DNA of 64,000 nt. Origin: Candidatus Magasanikiibacteriota bacterium. GTDB lineage: Bacteria > Patescibacteriota > Patescibacteriia > Magasanikbacterales > UBA922. Location: assembly GCA_003482855.1 (NCBI GenBank), contig DMXO01000004.1:58224-122223 (forward strand), given 5' to 3'. Of the stretch, positions 8,990 to 19,759 are shown piece by piece. Under the pieces are notes generated by a model, which saw only the letters and a program-made list of their open reading frames with translations, was not told the origin of the DNA and did not search any database. Numbering within the stretch: position 1 is the first letter of the stretch; every line of letters starts with the position of its first letter. Made by a program: the position numbers and the translations under genes.

Positions 8990-10402
8990 TTAATACCGAT
9001 ACCACTCGCTCTTAAACGGCCCTTTTTCATCTATACCAATATAATTTGCTTGTGATTTTGTGAGTTTGGTAAGTTTTACTCCAATTTTTTCCAAATGCAA
9101 TCGCGCCACTTCTTCATCCAAATGTTTTGGTAATCTGTATACACCGATTTCGTACTTATTTTTCCATAAATCAAGTTGAGCAAGCACTTGATTGGTAAAA
9201 CTATTGCTCATGACAAAACTTGGATGACCAGTTGCACAGCCAAGATTCATGAGACGGCCTTCCGCGAGCATATAAATTGCTTTACCATTTGGCATGATAT
9301 ATTTATCGACTTGAGGTTTTATATTTATTTTTTTCACGCCTTTTGTTTTATTCAATTTTTCAACTTGGATTTCATTGTCAAAATGTCCAATGTTTGACAC
9401 GACTGCTTGATCTTTCATTTTTTTCATGTGTTCGACCGTAATAACTTCTTTATTTCCTGTCGCAGTAACATAAATATCTGCTTCGCCAAGTGTATCTTCT
9501 ACTGTTTTTACTTCATATCCTTCCATAGCAGCTTGCAATGCACAAATAGGATCAATTTCAGTGACAATGACACGCGCACCTTGCCCGCGTAGAGCTTGGG
9601 CGCATCCTTTACCAACCTCGCCAAACCCGCATACAACTGCGACCTTGCCGCCGATCATGACATCCATTGCGCGATTGAGTCCATCGATGACTGAATGACG
9701 GCAACCATAGATATTATCAAATTTTGATTTGGTAACAGAATCATTCACGTTAATTGAAGGGAAAAGAAGTTTTCCTTCTTTTTCCATTTGATACAAGCGA
9801 TGCACGCCGGTTGTTGTTTCTTCGCTCACGCCTTTTACTTGTTTGGCAACTGCAGTCCAGCGAGTTTTATTTTTTGCATATTCTGTTTTCAATAATTTCA
9901 TCAATTCTCTAAAATCCTCTTGCTCTTTTGAATAATTTTTTTGCAATAATTTTGGATCTGATTCTACCTCAACGCCTTTATGGATCATCATAGTAGCATC
10001 TCCTCCATCGTCAACAATCATGTTAGGACCTTTGCCATTAAAATCCAATGCTCTCTCTGTGCACCACCAATATTCTGCAAGCGTTTCACCTTTCCACGCA
10101 AACACGGGGACTTTTGAATCGCGAACCACTGCTGCGGCTGCATGATCTTGCGTAGAAAAAATATTGCAACTTGCCCATCGTACATTGGCACCAAGCGCTT
10201 TCAATGTTTCAATTAAAACAGCTGTTTGGATAGTCATGTGCAAACTACCCATGATATTTACATTTTTTAGTGGTTTTTGTTTCGCATATTTTTTGCGAAT
10301 TGTCATAAGACCTGGCATTTCTTGTTCTGCGATGTCTATTTCTTTTCTACCCCAGTCGGCGAGTTTGATGTCTTTTATTTTAAATTCAAATTTTTTTGTC
10401 AT
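8990..10402 (-). CDS. ahcY: Adenosylhomocysteinase (S-adenosyl-L-homocysteine hydrolase)
   Basis: NAD-binding [15 protein letters not shown], conserved DDGGD and catalytic regions; start taken at MTKKFEF (ATG 10402) rather than the upstream in-frame extension. Confidence 0.9.
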   Translation of the reverse strand: MTKKFEFKIKDIKLADWGRKEIDIAEQEMPGLMTIRKKYAKQKPLKNVNIMGSLHMTIQTAVLIETLKALGANVRWASCNIFSTQDHAAAAVVRDSKVPVFAWKGETLAEYWWCTERALDFNGKGPNMIVDDGGDATMMIHKGVEVESDPKLLQKNYSKEQEDFRELMKLLKTEYAKNKTRWTAVAKQVKGVSEETTTGVHRLYQMEKEGKLLFPSINVNDSVTKSKFDNIYGCRHSVIDGLNRAMDVMIGGKVAVVCGFGEVGKGCAQALRGQGARVIVTEIDPICALQAAMEGYEVKTVEDTLGEADIYVTATGNKEVITVEHMKKMKDQAVVSNIGHFDNEIQVEKLNKTKGVKKINIKPQVDKYIMPNGKAIYMLAEGRLMNLGCATGHPSFVMSNSFTNQVLAQLDLWKNKYEIGVYRLPKHLDEEVARLHLEKIGVKLTKLTKSQANYIGIDEKGPFKSEWYRY

Positions 10403-10410
10403 AAAAATAG

Positions 10411-11364
10411 TTAACCACGTTGAATAAGATACATTGTATATATAATATATAATGTGACAAATGTAATGCCTTGCCAACGGTCTACTTTATTTCTTCTGCC
10501 AATAAACATAAATACAAAGAGTAATACGGTCGCTCCAACGCCTACCAAGACATCAATATTTGCTGTAGGATTGAAAGGTAATTGGAGCATGGTGCCTGTA
10601 AGACCAAGTATCCAAAATACATTGAATATATTTGACCCAACGATATTACCGACAGCAATGTCATCGTGATGATGCATTGCGGCGATGATAGATGTAGCTA
10701 GCTCAGGTAGTGATGTACCTACGGCAACTATGGTAAGACCGATAAGCGCTTCAGACATTCCGGCAATTCGTGCAAGTATAATAGCGTTGTCAACCAGCAA
10801 TTTTCCTCCAAGGAATAAACACACAAGCCCGCCGACGGTCATGATAATTGATAATCTCCATGAGTATGTGGTGATGTGTTCAGGCTTTCCTTCTGCTTTT
10901 GATAAGGCAAAAATATAAAACATGAAAATGATAAATATGGCAATAAGAGAAAAACCATCTGTTCTTGTAATGGCGCTGTGGGAGACACCGTCAAATAGCA
11001 TGTCATTTCCCATGGTATAGACAAGCACTATAGCCAGAATTGCAAATGGAATTTCTTTCCACACTGTGTTTCCTTTCACATTGAGTGGGTATATGATAGA
11101 TGCAATACCGAGTATGAGGAGTATATTTGCTATATTGCTTCCAACAATATTGCCGATGGCTATGTCAGCAGAACCTTTTACTGCTGATATGATATTTACA
11201 ATAAGCTCTGGGGCGGATGTACCAAAGGCGACCACAGTAAGACCTATGACAATAGAAGATATGCCCCATTTTTTTGCCATGGATGCTGAACCGCGAACCA
11301 AAATTTCTGCCCCGAAAATCAGTACGCCGAGGCCTAAGATAAGAAATATAATTGCCAGAGTCAT
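10411..11364 (-). CDS. Ca2+/Na+ antiporter (CaCA / YrbG family)
   Basis: Two alpha-repeat motifs GTSAPEL and GTSLPEL, about 10 TM segments; start chosen at MTLAIIF (ATG 11364). Confidence 0.8.
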   Translation of the reverse strand: MTLAIIFLILGLGVLIFGAEILVRGSASMAKKWGISSIVIGLTVVAFGTSAPELIVNIISAVKGSADIAIGNIVGSNIANILLILGIASIIYPLNVKGNTVWKEIPFAILAIVLVYTMGNDMLFDGVSHSAITRTDGFSLIAIFIIFMFYIFALSKAEGKPEHITTYSWRLSIIMTVGGLVCLFLGGKLLVDNAIILARIAGMSEALIGLTIVAVGTSLPELATSIIAAMHHHDDIAVGNIVGSNIFNVFWILGLTGTMLQLPFNPTANIDVLVGVGATVLLFVFMFIGRRNKVDRWQGITFVTLYIIYTMYLIQRG

Positions 11365-11425
11365 AAGAAAATTTAAAAATAAAACACGCGTAGTATAGCG
11401 TGTTTTTGGTTTGAAATCAAGCAAT

Positions 11426-12373
11426 TTACATTTTTAAACTCATAGGTTCACCATACGTCTCTACGTACCTTTTTTCAAATTCTTCTGTTGTATAACTGTG
11501 GTTTACGGTGCCATAGTTTTCTACTGCATACGTTGCTGCAACACTTGCCATCTGCCCACAAGTCTTGAGATCAAGACCACGTGTATACCCCGTGAAAAAT
11601 CCCCCTCGGTATGCGTCGCCTGCTCCAGTTGGGTCATCTACTGATAGAGCAGGACAGGGTTTTATTTCAATTGATGTATCCTTTGTAATAATCACAGATC
11701 CTCTGTCTCCAAGTGTAATGATGAGTACTTCTACATGGTTGAGGAGTTCATTGGTATTCCAGCCAGTTTTTTCTTCTACAAGTTTTATCTCATAATCATT
11801 GCCAATAAAGAATTTTGCTTGTCCGATAACAGCTGCGAGTTCTTGATTTGAAAAAGCAGTAATCTGTTGGCCTGGGTCAAAACAAAAGGGGATACGTGCA
11901 TCATAACATTCTTTTGCATGTTGTATCATGGCTTCTTTTTTTGTTGGTGAGATAAGCGCGAAGTCAACTTTTTCTTTTATATTGGCGATATGCAAATCTG
12001 TTGCTTCGCTTAAGGCACCATTGTAGAATGCAGTGATTTGGTTGTCGTCTTTGTCTGTTGTGATATGAGCGCCCGCGGTGAGTAAATTTTTTGACATAGA
12101 GATACCAGAAGTTTTTATATCATGTGAGGCCAAGAAATCAAGAAGTTCTTGTCCGTCTTTGCCAAGTGGAGCAAGAACAACTGGTTCGCCACCGAGTAAT
12201 TTTGTAGTATACGCGATATTTGTTGCTACGCCGCCAATGTTTTTTTGTAATTTTTCTACAACAAAACATACATTTAGGATATGCAGTTGGTCTGGTAAGA
12301 TATGATTTTTGAAACTATCAGGGAAATCCATGATGTAATCGTAGGCCAATGAACCTGAAATTAAAATGTTCAT
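11426..12373 (-). CDS. PfkB-family carbohydrate/nucleoside kinase (likely adenosine kinase)
   Basis: Ribokinase-fold motifs GGVATN and DPTGAGDAYRGG; genomic context next to ahcY suggests adenosine kinase (inference). Confidence 0.7.
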   Translation of the reverse strand: MNILISGSLAYDYIMDFPDSFKNHILPDQLHILNVCFVVEKLQKNIGGVATNIAYTTKLLGGEPVVLAPLGKDGQELLDFLASHDIKTSGISMSKNLLTAGAHITTDKDDNQITAFYNGALSEATDLHIANIKEKVDFALISPTKKEAMIQHAKECYDARIPFCFDPGQQITAFSNQELAAVIGQAKFFIGNDYEIKLVEEKTGWNTNELLNHVEVLIITLGDRGSVIITKDTSIEIKPCPALSVDDPTGAGDAYRGGFFTGYTRGLDLKTCGQMASVAATYAVENYGTVNHSYTTEEFEKRYVETYGEPMSLKM

Positions 12374-12429
12374 AATTGAGGTAGTTAGATTTTAGGTATT
12401 AGGTTTTAGAATATATTATATGTTATAGA

Positions 12430-13710
12430 CTACACGTTACAAGATAAAACCACAAGCCCTTCGATATGCGGTGTGCGTGGAAAAAAATTATAGAGCCTAG
12501 AAAATGTTATATGGTATTTGGAGGAAAGCATCTGTATATCGCGCGCTTGAGTAGAAAGATTGCAAGAGAGATAAATGATTTTTGGTGGCGTTGCTTCAAG
12601 TAATTTTTTTATGACGTCTTCATGCAATCCTGCACGCGGTGGGTCAAGAATAATTGTTTTGTTAGAGGTAATGATGTCAGTTATTTTTTCAGCAGGCACA
12701 CAATATGCTTCGCAATTTTTTAGATTATTGAGTTTGATATTTTCATTTGCATAGTGTATTGCTTCATCATTGTTATCCACAAGTGTTATATGCGTGTGTT
12801 TTTTTGCAAGTGGCAGGCCGATACTTCCGACACCAGAATAAAAATCAATGAGATCAGTATTATTGTCTGTATGTTCTGAAATATCTGCAAGTGCGTGTTC
12901 AAAGATGGGGGCGTGTACTTGGAAGAAAGAGAGAAGACCGAGTTTCAGCTTTGTATTGTGCAGTGTTTCTATAAGATAATCTTGTCCTATAGAATAGAGG
13001 AGTCTCGTTGGAACGCTTGCTGGAGATTTGTGTGTAGAATAATAAAGTTGGAAGCCTATGAGCGTATCATCGAGCACCGGATAATCTTTGAAGTTAAGTT
13101 CATCTTTTATAAATAATGCAGCGATTGTTTTTCCCTCAGTATCACTTCTCACGATGAGTGTTTTTAAATTTTTACGCTCAAGATTTTGTTTATTTACCCA
13201 ATTTAAAATTTTTTGGGCAGTAGTATTGATACAGTCTTGCGCTAGTTCTGATTTTTGAATAGGAAATTTTTGTTTGCCTCCGCGATTGAAAAAAGCCAAG
13301 GAAAAGGTGCTGTCTTCTTTTTGAAAAAAACTAAATTCCATTTTATTTCTGTACCTATATTCTTCTGTAGGAAAGATAATGTCTGGATTGATATTTTCAA
13401 AAATATTGCCACCAATTTTTTTGTATGTTTCCATTGCTATTTCCTTTTTCCATTGATTTTCTTTGTCGTATGATACTATTTGCCATGGACTTGTAGAGAG
13501 GAAATGTGCGTCTTTTGGTTCTCTACGTTCGGGAGACGATCGTATGATTTTTGTTGCAATCGCTTCTGCATAATCTTTTTTATTCTTTATATATTCAATT
13601 TCTACTTCTTCGTCTGGTAGCGCATTCCATACAAAAATAGCTTTGCCATTGAGACGGGCAAAACCTTGTCCACCAAATACTAGTTTTTCTATAGTTACTA
13701 TAGGTGACAT
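12430..13710 (-). CDS. TRAM-domain 23S rRNA (uracil-5)-methyltransferase (RumA/RlmD/TrmA family)
   Basis: N-terminal TRAM beta-barrel region, SAM-MTase motifs incl. DPPRAGL and C-terminal catalytic Cys; start chosen at MSPIVT (ATG 13710). Confidence 0.75.
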   Translation of the reverse strand: MSPIVTIEKLVFGGQGFARLNGKAIFVWNALPDEEVEIEYIKNKKDYAEAIATKIIRSSPERREPKDAHFLSTSPWQIVSYDKENQWKKEIAMETYKKIGGNIFENINPDIIFPTEEYRYRNKMEFSFFQKEDSTFSLAFFNRGGKQKFPIQKSELAQDCINTTAQKILNWVNKQNLERKNLKTLIVRSDTEGKTIAALFIKDELNFKDYPVLDDTLIGFQLYYSTHKSPASVPTRLLYSIGQDYLIETLHNTKLKLGLLSFFQVHAPIFEHALADISEHTDNNTDLIDFYSGVGSIGLPLAKKHTHITLVDNNDEAIHYANENIKLNNLKNCEAYCVPAEKITDIITSNKTIILDPPRAGLHEDVIKKLLEATPPKIIYLSCNLSTQARDIQMLSSKYHITFSRLYNFFPRTPHIEGLVVLSCNV

Positions 13711-13743
13711 AGTGGGGATATCATAGCAAAAAAACATTCTTTG

Positions 13744-13832
13744 TACAAAAAAACTACCTGGCAGTCCTACAGCGTCTCCCATGCCAAGCCTCCTTGGAGC
13801 AAATGGGTGCTATTCTGAACGTCAGGTAGTTT
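13744..13832 (-). terminator. Complex intrinsic terminator / structured leader element (13-bp outer stem with nested hairpins, followed by U7 on the - strand)
   Basis: 13751-13763 pairs with 13820-13832 (12/13); nested CCCAT...ATGGG and CCAAG-CCTC-CTTGG hairpins; rc of 13744-13750 gives TTTTTTT immediately 3'. Confidence 0.45.
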
Positions 13833-14058
13833 CTAGGCATTCGCTTTCCATAGCTACTCGCCTTATCCCGCCTTTTTGTTTTTGCACGTAGACGGGTTTA
13901 GTACGTGCAAAGTCTAGTGTACTAGGTACACAGACTCGTATAGGTACTATAAAATGCATGTGTATACAGGTCAATGTCAAAAAGTGGACATGTTGTGGTT
14001 ATCGTGTGGATATTATAGTAATATTGTATTATTTTACGTACATAAGAGATTAATTTTT

Positions 14059-14682
14059 TTAGGAATTGAGTTTTTTGTATATAGGGCAACTGTCGTGTTT
14101 ACACCGAGCAGGACAATACATCCTACCATAGGATATCATACGATTGGTAAGATGGAACCATTCTCTTTTGGGAAAGAGCTTTTGAAGATCTTGTTCAATT
14201 TGTTCTGGTTTGTCGTAGTTTGTGAGACCAAATACGCGTGAAAGTCTTTGGACATGGGTGTCTACAGCTATACCTTCAACAATATTATATGCATTGCCAA
14301 GAACTACCAGCGCAGTTTTTCTGCCGACTCCAGGGAATTGCATTATATCTTTTACCGTTTTTGGTAGTATGCCATTGTATCTTGTATGTAGTAGTTTCGC
14401 TGTAGCACAGATATGCTTTGCTTTTGTTTTGTAATAATTGATACTGCGTATATCACGCGCAAATACAGAAGGTTTTGTATGTACGTAATCTATGAATTTT
14501 GGGTATTTTTTGAAAAGTGTATGAGTTGTCTTGTTTACTTGTTCGTCAGTTGTTTGTGCAGACAACATCACAGCGACGAGAAGTTCCCAATTATTTGAAA
14601 AATTAAGAATAGTTTCTGGTATGGGGAAAAGTTTTTTGAGCTCCTCTAAAACTATCTGTGCACGTCTTATGTGGCTATACAT
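14059..14682 (-). CDS. nth: Endonuclease III (DNA-(apurinic or apyrimidinic site) lyase)
   Basis: HhH-GPD motif and C-terminal 4Fe-4S cluster loop CPARCKHDSCPIYKK. Confidence 0.85.
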   Translation of the reverse strand: MYSHIRRAQIVLEELKKLFPIPETILNFSNNWELLVAVMLSAQTTDEQVNKTTHTLFKKYPKFIDYVHTKPSVFARDIRSINYYKTKAKHICATAKLLHTRYNGILPKTVKDIMQFPGVGRKTALVVLGNAYNIVEGIAVDTHVQRLSRVFGLTNYDKPEQIEQDLQKLFPKREWFHLTNRMISYGRMYCPARCKHDSCPIYKKLNS

Positions 14683-14790
14683 ACATACTTTTATAGTGTA
14701 TACTTATGTCATAATTATCTACGTTGTATGGGCATGAAACATCATTATAATCCATCATATATACATCATCAAGCCACGAGGATTACTTCC

Positions 14791-15459
14791 ATGATTCGTG
14801 AAGTTGTCTTTGGTATGGAAGATGGTATGGTATCTACACTCGGTGCTATTACGGGTATAGCTACGGCGACCAACAGTCATTTTGTTGTTGTACTATCTGG
14901 GCTTGTTGTAATTTCTGTGGAATCTATTTCTATGGGTGTAGGTTCTTATCTTTCCAATAAGTCTGAAGATGATGTTGAGAAACGTAAATTATTTGAAGAA
15001 AAGCAAGAGTTGAAACATTTTCCTGATGAAGAACGGGAAGAGTTGGAAGACATTTATACCAAAGATGGGTGGCCTCGAGATTTAGCTCGTACTATGGCGC
15101 AGACAGCTTCTGAAAACAAACAATTATTTTTGCACGAGATGGCTTGTCATGAGCTCTCCATCTTTCCGCAGGTGGAAGACAGGCCAGTCAAAAAGGGAAT
15201 CGCTATGTTTTTTTCATATATCATCGGGGGGATGATACCACTTATACCCTATATATTATTTAGTATACGTACGGGTATTATTGTGTCGATAAGTGCCACA
15301 TTCGTTGGGCTTTTTTTGCTTGGTGTGGGTACGACTCGGCTCACCAAACGGAAATGGTGGCGTGCTGGTCTCGAGATGTTGGTACTCGCAAGTACTGCAG
15401 CAATTGTTGGATATGTGGTGGGGCAACTCGTTGATATATTTGTATTGAAGGCATTATGA
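14791..15459 (+). CDS. VIT1/CCC1-family iron/manganese transporter
   Basis: MEDGMVSTLGAITG motif characteristic of VIT family, central acidic segment, C-terminal TM helices; start placed at MIREVV to avoid overlap with divergent nth. Confidence 0.65.
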   Translation: MIREVVFGMEDGMVSTLGAITGIATATNSHFVVVLSGLVVISVESISMGVGSYLSNKSEDDVEKRKLFEEKQELKHFPDEEREELEDIYTKDGWPRDLARTMAQTASENKQLFLHEMACHELSIFPQVEDRPVKKGIAMFFSYIIGGMIPLIPYILFSIRTGIIVSISATFVGLFLLGVGTTRLTKRKWWRAGLEMLVLASTAAIVGYVVGQLVDIFVLKAL

Positions 15460-15462
15460 AAA

Positions 15463-16293
15463 TTAGTAGATAATGATTTTTTTGTCTTTGCAGTCTACCA
15501 ATTTCTCATGTATTAGCAAATGTAGTATATGTGTAATTCGATCTGGGTCTTCTCCCAGTTTTTTTATTATTTGGTTTTTTGTTAGAGTGTTGTATTTGGT
15601 AAGAAGTTTGATTATCTTACCACGAATTTCTCTGTCTGATCCTTTAAATTTTGATTGCTTTGTATAATGTTTGCTTTTTTTATTTGGATTTCCATAGGTT
15701 TCCTTTATCATGGTGCCATAATCCATGAGAGCGCTGTACCATTCTCGTGGGTTTTGTTTATCCAGTGTCTCAGCAACAAGGGCTAGGATATCTTTGTCTA
15801 GTACGTCTTTTTGGGTTGAAAAGAATTCATGTATGAAAACACTTCTTATATTTGTTTCGATGAAGACTACGGGTATGTTGAATGCAAAAGCACAAATTGA
15901 ATTTGCCGTGTTTGGCCCTATTCCTGGTAAAGTCCTGAGGATATCTGGTTTTTGGGGAAGCCTACCGTTATATTTTTGCGTAATTATTTCTGCAGTAGTT
16001 TTTAGATATTTTGCTCGTCGATTATAGCCCATGCCTCGCCATGTTGTGAGTACATCTTTGAGTGGAGCTTTTGCCAATGATTTGAAATGAGGGAATATAT
16101 TGATAAATTCTTTGAATTTTTTTTCTACTCGAGACACTTGGGTCTGCTGGAGCATGACTTCTGAAATAAAAACTCTGTATGGATTAATAGACTTCCGCCA
16201 AGGGAAGTCTCGTTTGTTATTTTTGTAATAAGAGTATATTTTGTTTTGGAATTGTTTGATTTGTCTCTGGGTCAGTGTCGTGGTCGTTGGCAT
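15463..16293 (-). CDS. HhH-GPD superfamily DNA glycosylase (endonuclease III / MutY-like, no Fe-S loop)
   Basis: LMLQQTQVSRV and PGIGPNTA helix-hairpin-helix Gly/Pro-Asp motifs; lacks the Cys4 cluster. Confidence 0.7.
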   Translation of the reverse strand: MPTTTTLTQRQIKQFQNKIYSYYKNNKRDFPWRKSINPYRVFISEVMLQQTQVSRVEKKFKEFINIFPHFKSLAKAPLKDVLTTWRGMGYNRRAKYLKTTAEIITQKYNGRLPQKPDILRTLPGIGPNTANSICAFAFNIPVVFIETNIRSVFIHEFFSTQKDVLDKDILALVAETLDKQNPREWYSALMDYGTMIKETYGNPNKKSKHYTKQSKFKGSDREIRGKIIKLLTKYNTLTKNQIIKKLGEDPDRITHILHLLIHEKLVDCKDKKIIIY

Positions 16294-16314
16294 ATGAGAC
16301 GCAGATAAACAGAT

Positions 16315-16947
16315 TTAGTGAGTTGGAGATGGTTCTGTCTGGAGTTTTTTGTGTTCTTTTTGGTGCATTTTTATATCAAGTCCGATCTTGAGTAGAATGA
16401 GGACAATTAAAGCAAATAGTGGTTCTCCCAAGATGAATGTTGCCCCACCTCCTATGAGAATAACAACATGGATAAGGACGATACGTTTGTATGGCTCGAA
16501 CATGAGTTGTTGTACGGTCGTGTGAGTATATTCTTTTTTTTCAATGAAATTTTGGAAAAAAGAAATTCCGTGGCTTGCAAATAGCGATAATGCGGCTACT
16601 ATAAATGGCCATGTACCTATCTCGCCATAAGATATTTTGTACAATAAATAGACAAATACACCATGTCCTGCACAAAATCCACCATAATGTAGAACAAAGA
16701 AGCCTATGAGTGACCATTTCAAGGTTGTATCAGTGACATACTGCGGTTCCTCTTTTCCAAGTGGCGACATAGCCATTTTGACAGCGTTATAAACACCGAT
16801 GACAATATTTTCGAACCAATACATGAGCAAGATGCTTCCCACGTTCCAATCCCAAAATAATACGCCAATGAGTGGTACTATGTTTGATGCCACGAGAAAC
16901 GATACTGATATTTTATCTCGCGTAGATGGTGCAGAGATAGTTGTCAT
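16315..16947 (-). CDS. Hypothetical integral membrane protein
   Basis: 210 aa, 5-6 hydrophobic segments, no recognised motif. Confidence 0.5.
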   Translation of the reverse strand: MTTISAPSTRDKISVSFLVASNIVPLIGVLFWDWNVGSILLMYWFENIVIGVYNAVKMAMSPLGKEEPQYVTDTTLKWSLIGFFVLHYGGFCAGHGVFVYLLYKISYGEIGTWPFIVAALSLFASHGISFFQNFIEKKEYTHTTVQQLMFEPYKRIVLIHVVILIGGGATFILGEPLFALIVLILLKIGLDIKMHQKEHKKLQTEPSPTH

Positions 16948-17740
16948 ACAGATGTATTAGATTTTTTATTTCTGGTGTGATAGATGGATATGACGTATCA
17001 TCTACAGTTTGTATGGGAACAATTTTCCCTGATGTGTTGGTAAAAAATGCACCATCATATTCAAACATATTTTTGAATAAGATATCTTGTTCTATTATCT
17101 CGTATTCATTTTTTTGTGCACAATCTATCACTGTTCGTCGAGTGACTCCATCTAAAACTTGCGCGATTGGGGGAGTATAGAGTGTCTTATTTTTTATCAC
17201 AAAAAAATTTGATCGCGTTCCTTCTGTCACATTACCTTTGTGATCAATGAGAATTGCGTCAAACGCTTTCTGTTTTTGTGCTTTTTTGAAAATAATATAG
17301 CTAGGGAACATATTGAGTGTTTTTGCCTGTGGCAAAAAACGTTCATAGCTATAGCTAATTGCTTTGACTCCGTCTCTATATTCTTTTTTTTCTACAAATT
17401 TTGGTGCGAGAATAAAAATATAGAGCAAAGCATCTAATGCTGTTTTGCCTCCAATCAAAATTATTTTGATATTGGAATCTTGTGTTTCATTTTTTTCAAT
17501 AAGCGTATGAATCCATTGTTTTATCTCATCTTTTTTTAGTTCATGTCCAAGACCAATTATTTTTGCAGAATAAAAAAGGCGATCTATGTGGTCATCAATA
17601 AAATACACAATGCCTTTTCGTATTTTCAAATTTTCATATACGCCAAAGCCGTAGGCAAATTCTATATGATCTACGGGGAGTTTTGCTTCATCATGAGGGA
17701 TAAGTTGTCCATTGAGAGAGGAATATTGCATAGTAGACAA
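16913..17740 (-). CDS. Class IV aminotransferase (branched-chain or D-amino-acid aminotransferase)
   Basis: Fold-type IV PLP enzyme similarity (EFAYGFGVYE..., catalytic Lys region); 275 aa. Confidence 0.7.
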   Translation of the reverse strand: MSTMQYSSLNGQLIPHDEAKLPVDHIEFAYGFGVYENLKIRKGIVYFIDDHIDRLFYSAKIIGLGHELKKDEIKQWIHTLIEKNETQDSNIKIILIGGKTALDALLYIFILAPKFVEKKEYRDGVKAISYSYERFLPQAKTLNMFPSYIIFKKAQKQKAFDAILIDHKGNVTEGTRSNFFVIKNKTLYTPPIAQVLDGVTRRTVIDCAQKNEYEIIEQDILFKNMFEYDGAFFTNTSGKIVPIQTVDDTSYPSITPEIKNLIHLYDNYLCTIYAR

Positions 17741-17811
17741 AATGTACCATATCTAGCGTTTTTCGACAATAATGATATACTACTGTAGGTTTAATATATC
17801 AATTTATTCAT

Positions 17812-18489
17812 ATGAAAAAAAACTATATTATTCATGGAGCTTTAGCATTAATGGGAGTTATTTTTGTCGGAGTCGGTGGTTATTCTTTTTTAGATTCACA
17901 AAAGGTAATCAAGACATTTGCGTCAGCCCAAGGTACGGTCGTAGAGCTTGTTCGTTCATCTACTTCTAATGAGAGTAATACATATTCACCCTTAGTATCT
18001 TTCGTAGCGAACGAGACAGAATACCAATTTAAATCAAATTTTAGTTCTGATCCTCCTGCCTATGATGTGGGAGAACAGGTAAATGTCTTGTACAATCCAG
18101 AAAGTCCTCAGGATGCGCGGATTAATTCTTTTCTGTCTCTGTATCTCATCTCTTTGATATTTGGTGTTACTGGTCTCATTCTTTTGGGTATAGGCGCAGG
18201 GTATATTGCTTATAGAGTGATAAAGAATAAATCAAACCAACAATTGAAGATGACTGGTAGAAAAATTGATGCAGTCGTAAAATTAACTGAACAAAATACA
18301 TCTGTGCGAGTGAATCGCAAATCACCCTACGTTGTCTATGCAGAGGGGAAAGATCCACAATCGGGTGCACCTATGACGTATAAGAGTGAGAATATATGGG
18401 ATGCTTCGAAAGTTCCTGCTCTTGGAATCCAGGTAAGTGTGTATGTAGATCAGACAGATTTGAAGAAGTATTATGTAGATATTGAGTAA
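17812..18489 (+). CDS. Hypothetical membrane protein (two TM segments flanking beta-rich domains; DUF3592-like)
   Basis: 225 aa; N-terminal TM and a central TM; no catalytic motif. Confidence 0.5.
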   Translation: MKKNYIIHGALALMGVIFVGVGGYSFLDSQKVIKTFASAQGTVVELVRSSTSNESNTYSPLVSFVANETEYQFKSNFSSDPPAYDVGEQVNVLYNPESPQDARINSFLSLYLISLIFGVTGLILLGIGAGYIAYRVIKNKSNQQLKMTGRKIDAVVKLTEQNTSVRVNRKSPYVVYAEGKDPQSGAPMTYKSENIWDASKVPALGIQVSVYVDQTDLKKYYVDIE

Positions 18490-18536
18490 AAAACATACAA
18501 TAGGAAGTGGAAAAGAAATCCCCTTAATAGGGGATT

Positions 18537-19358
18537 TTAAATATCTATTTCTATTCCTATAGGACAGTGGTCGGCACCAGTTTGTTGGTCCCAGATGAAA
18601 GCCTTTTTAATTTTAGGTAAAAGTCGTTTGCTGATAAGGATATAATCAATGCGCCAGCCAATATTTCGTGCGCGCACATTAAAGCGAAAACTCCACCAGG
18701 TATATTGCACTTTTTTTGGATTGAGACTGCGATATGAATCCACAAATCCGGCTTTGAGAAATTGCGTCATCCATGCTCGTTCTTGCGGAGTAAAACCGGC
18801 ATTCTCTTCATTATCTTTTGGACGCGCGATATCTATTTCTTCATGCGCAACATTGAAGTCTCCCACGGCAATGACTGGTTTTTTCTTGTCTAATTTTTTT
18901 ATGTATTTCAAAAAAAGATCATTGAATTTTTCTTTGAAATCAAGTCGCGATAAATCATGTCGTGTATTGGGAAAATAAGCATTCACGAGATAAAATGTGT
19001 CGAATTCAATTGTTTGGACACGTCCCTCATTATCAAATTCTTCGCACCCAATACCAGCCCAATGTTTGATAACGCGTTTTTGTAGGGGTGTTTTTTCTTT
19101 TATAAGTGTCATCGTTCCTGCATACCCGGGGCGTTTTGCAGAGTTCCAGTATTCAGTATAATTTGAAAAATCGAATGTTTCTTTTTCTTTGTGCCCATCA
19201 GCTATTTTTACTTCTTGTAATCCTAGTATGTCGGGTTTTTTTGTTTGCAAAAAATCCACAAACCCTTTTTTTATTGCCGCGCGGATGCCGTTGATGTTCC
19301 ATGATAGGATCGTGATTTTCATAGAGTCGGTGATTTCAAAAGTTTTAATTATCTTCAA
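18537..19358 (-). CDS. xthA: Exodeoxyribonuclease III (AP endonuclease, Xth family)
   Basis: LSWNINGIRA N-terminus, conserved QE/DH catalytic residues of EEP fold; 273 aa. Confidence 0.85.
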   Translation of the reverse strand: MKIIKTFEITDSMKITILSWNINGIRAAIKKGFVDFLQTKKPDILGLQEVKIADGHKEKETFDFSNYTEYWNSAKRPGYAGTMTLIKEKTPLQKRVIKHWAGIGCEEFDNEGRVQTIEFDTFYLVNAYFPNTRHDLSRLDFKEKFNDLFLKYIKKLDKKKPVIAVGDFNVAHEEIDIARPKDNEENAGFTPQERAWMTQFLKAGFVDSYRSLNPKKVQYTWWSFRFNVRARNIGWRIDYILISKRLLPKIKKAFIWDQQTGADHCPIGIEIDI

Positions 19359-19758
19359 ACGCTCTCATGTATACTACATTTTCTATACGTTTAATATAAT
19401 TATATTCTTCACCAGAAAGACATTGATCATACTTTGAACAATACGTCGTGACCACATCCCCTCTCATTTCTACTGTTTTTCCTTCCAAATCTTCGGAGGA
19501 TAGAGAAATTAAGTGTACTTGCTCGTCACTTAATAAAATATCAGTTACCATAATTTGTCCGCCCTTGGTTATGCGAGCTGTGCCAGTAACTGTGTTGTCT
19601 ATATCAATTTTGTTTTCGGGAAGGATTTCGCTAGTGGTTGTCTCAGAATTGCTGTGTGTGTTTGTCGTGGAAGATTTCGGAGGTTGAGTTAAACTACAGC
19701 CAGCTGTAAATATGAAGACGAGGATGACGTATAATGGTATTTTACTCATATGTATCAA
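19345..19758 (-). CDS. Putative lipoprotein, function unknown
   Basis: Signal peptide with lipobox-like AGCS, Ser/Thr-rich linker; 137 aa. Confidence 0.5.
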   Translation of the reverse strand: MIHMSKIPLYVILVFIFTAGCSLTQPPKSSTTNTHSNSETTTSEILPENKIDIDNTVTGTARITKGGQIMVTDILLSDEQVHLISLSSEDLEGKTVEMRGDVVTTYCSKYDQCLSGEEYNYIKRIENVVYMRAFEDN

Positions 19759-19759
19759 A

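Noticed and set aside
13783-13950. Possible SRP RNA / tmRNA / 6S RNA in the nth-methyltransferase spacer
   Set aside because: No match to conserved SRP domain IV or tmRNA termini by eye. It is kept only as an unclassified structured element or terminator.
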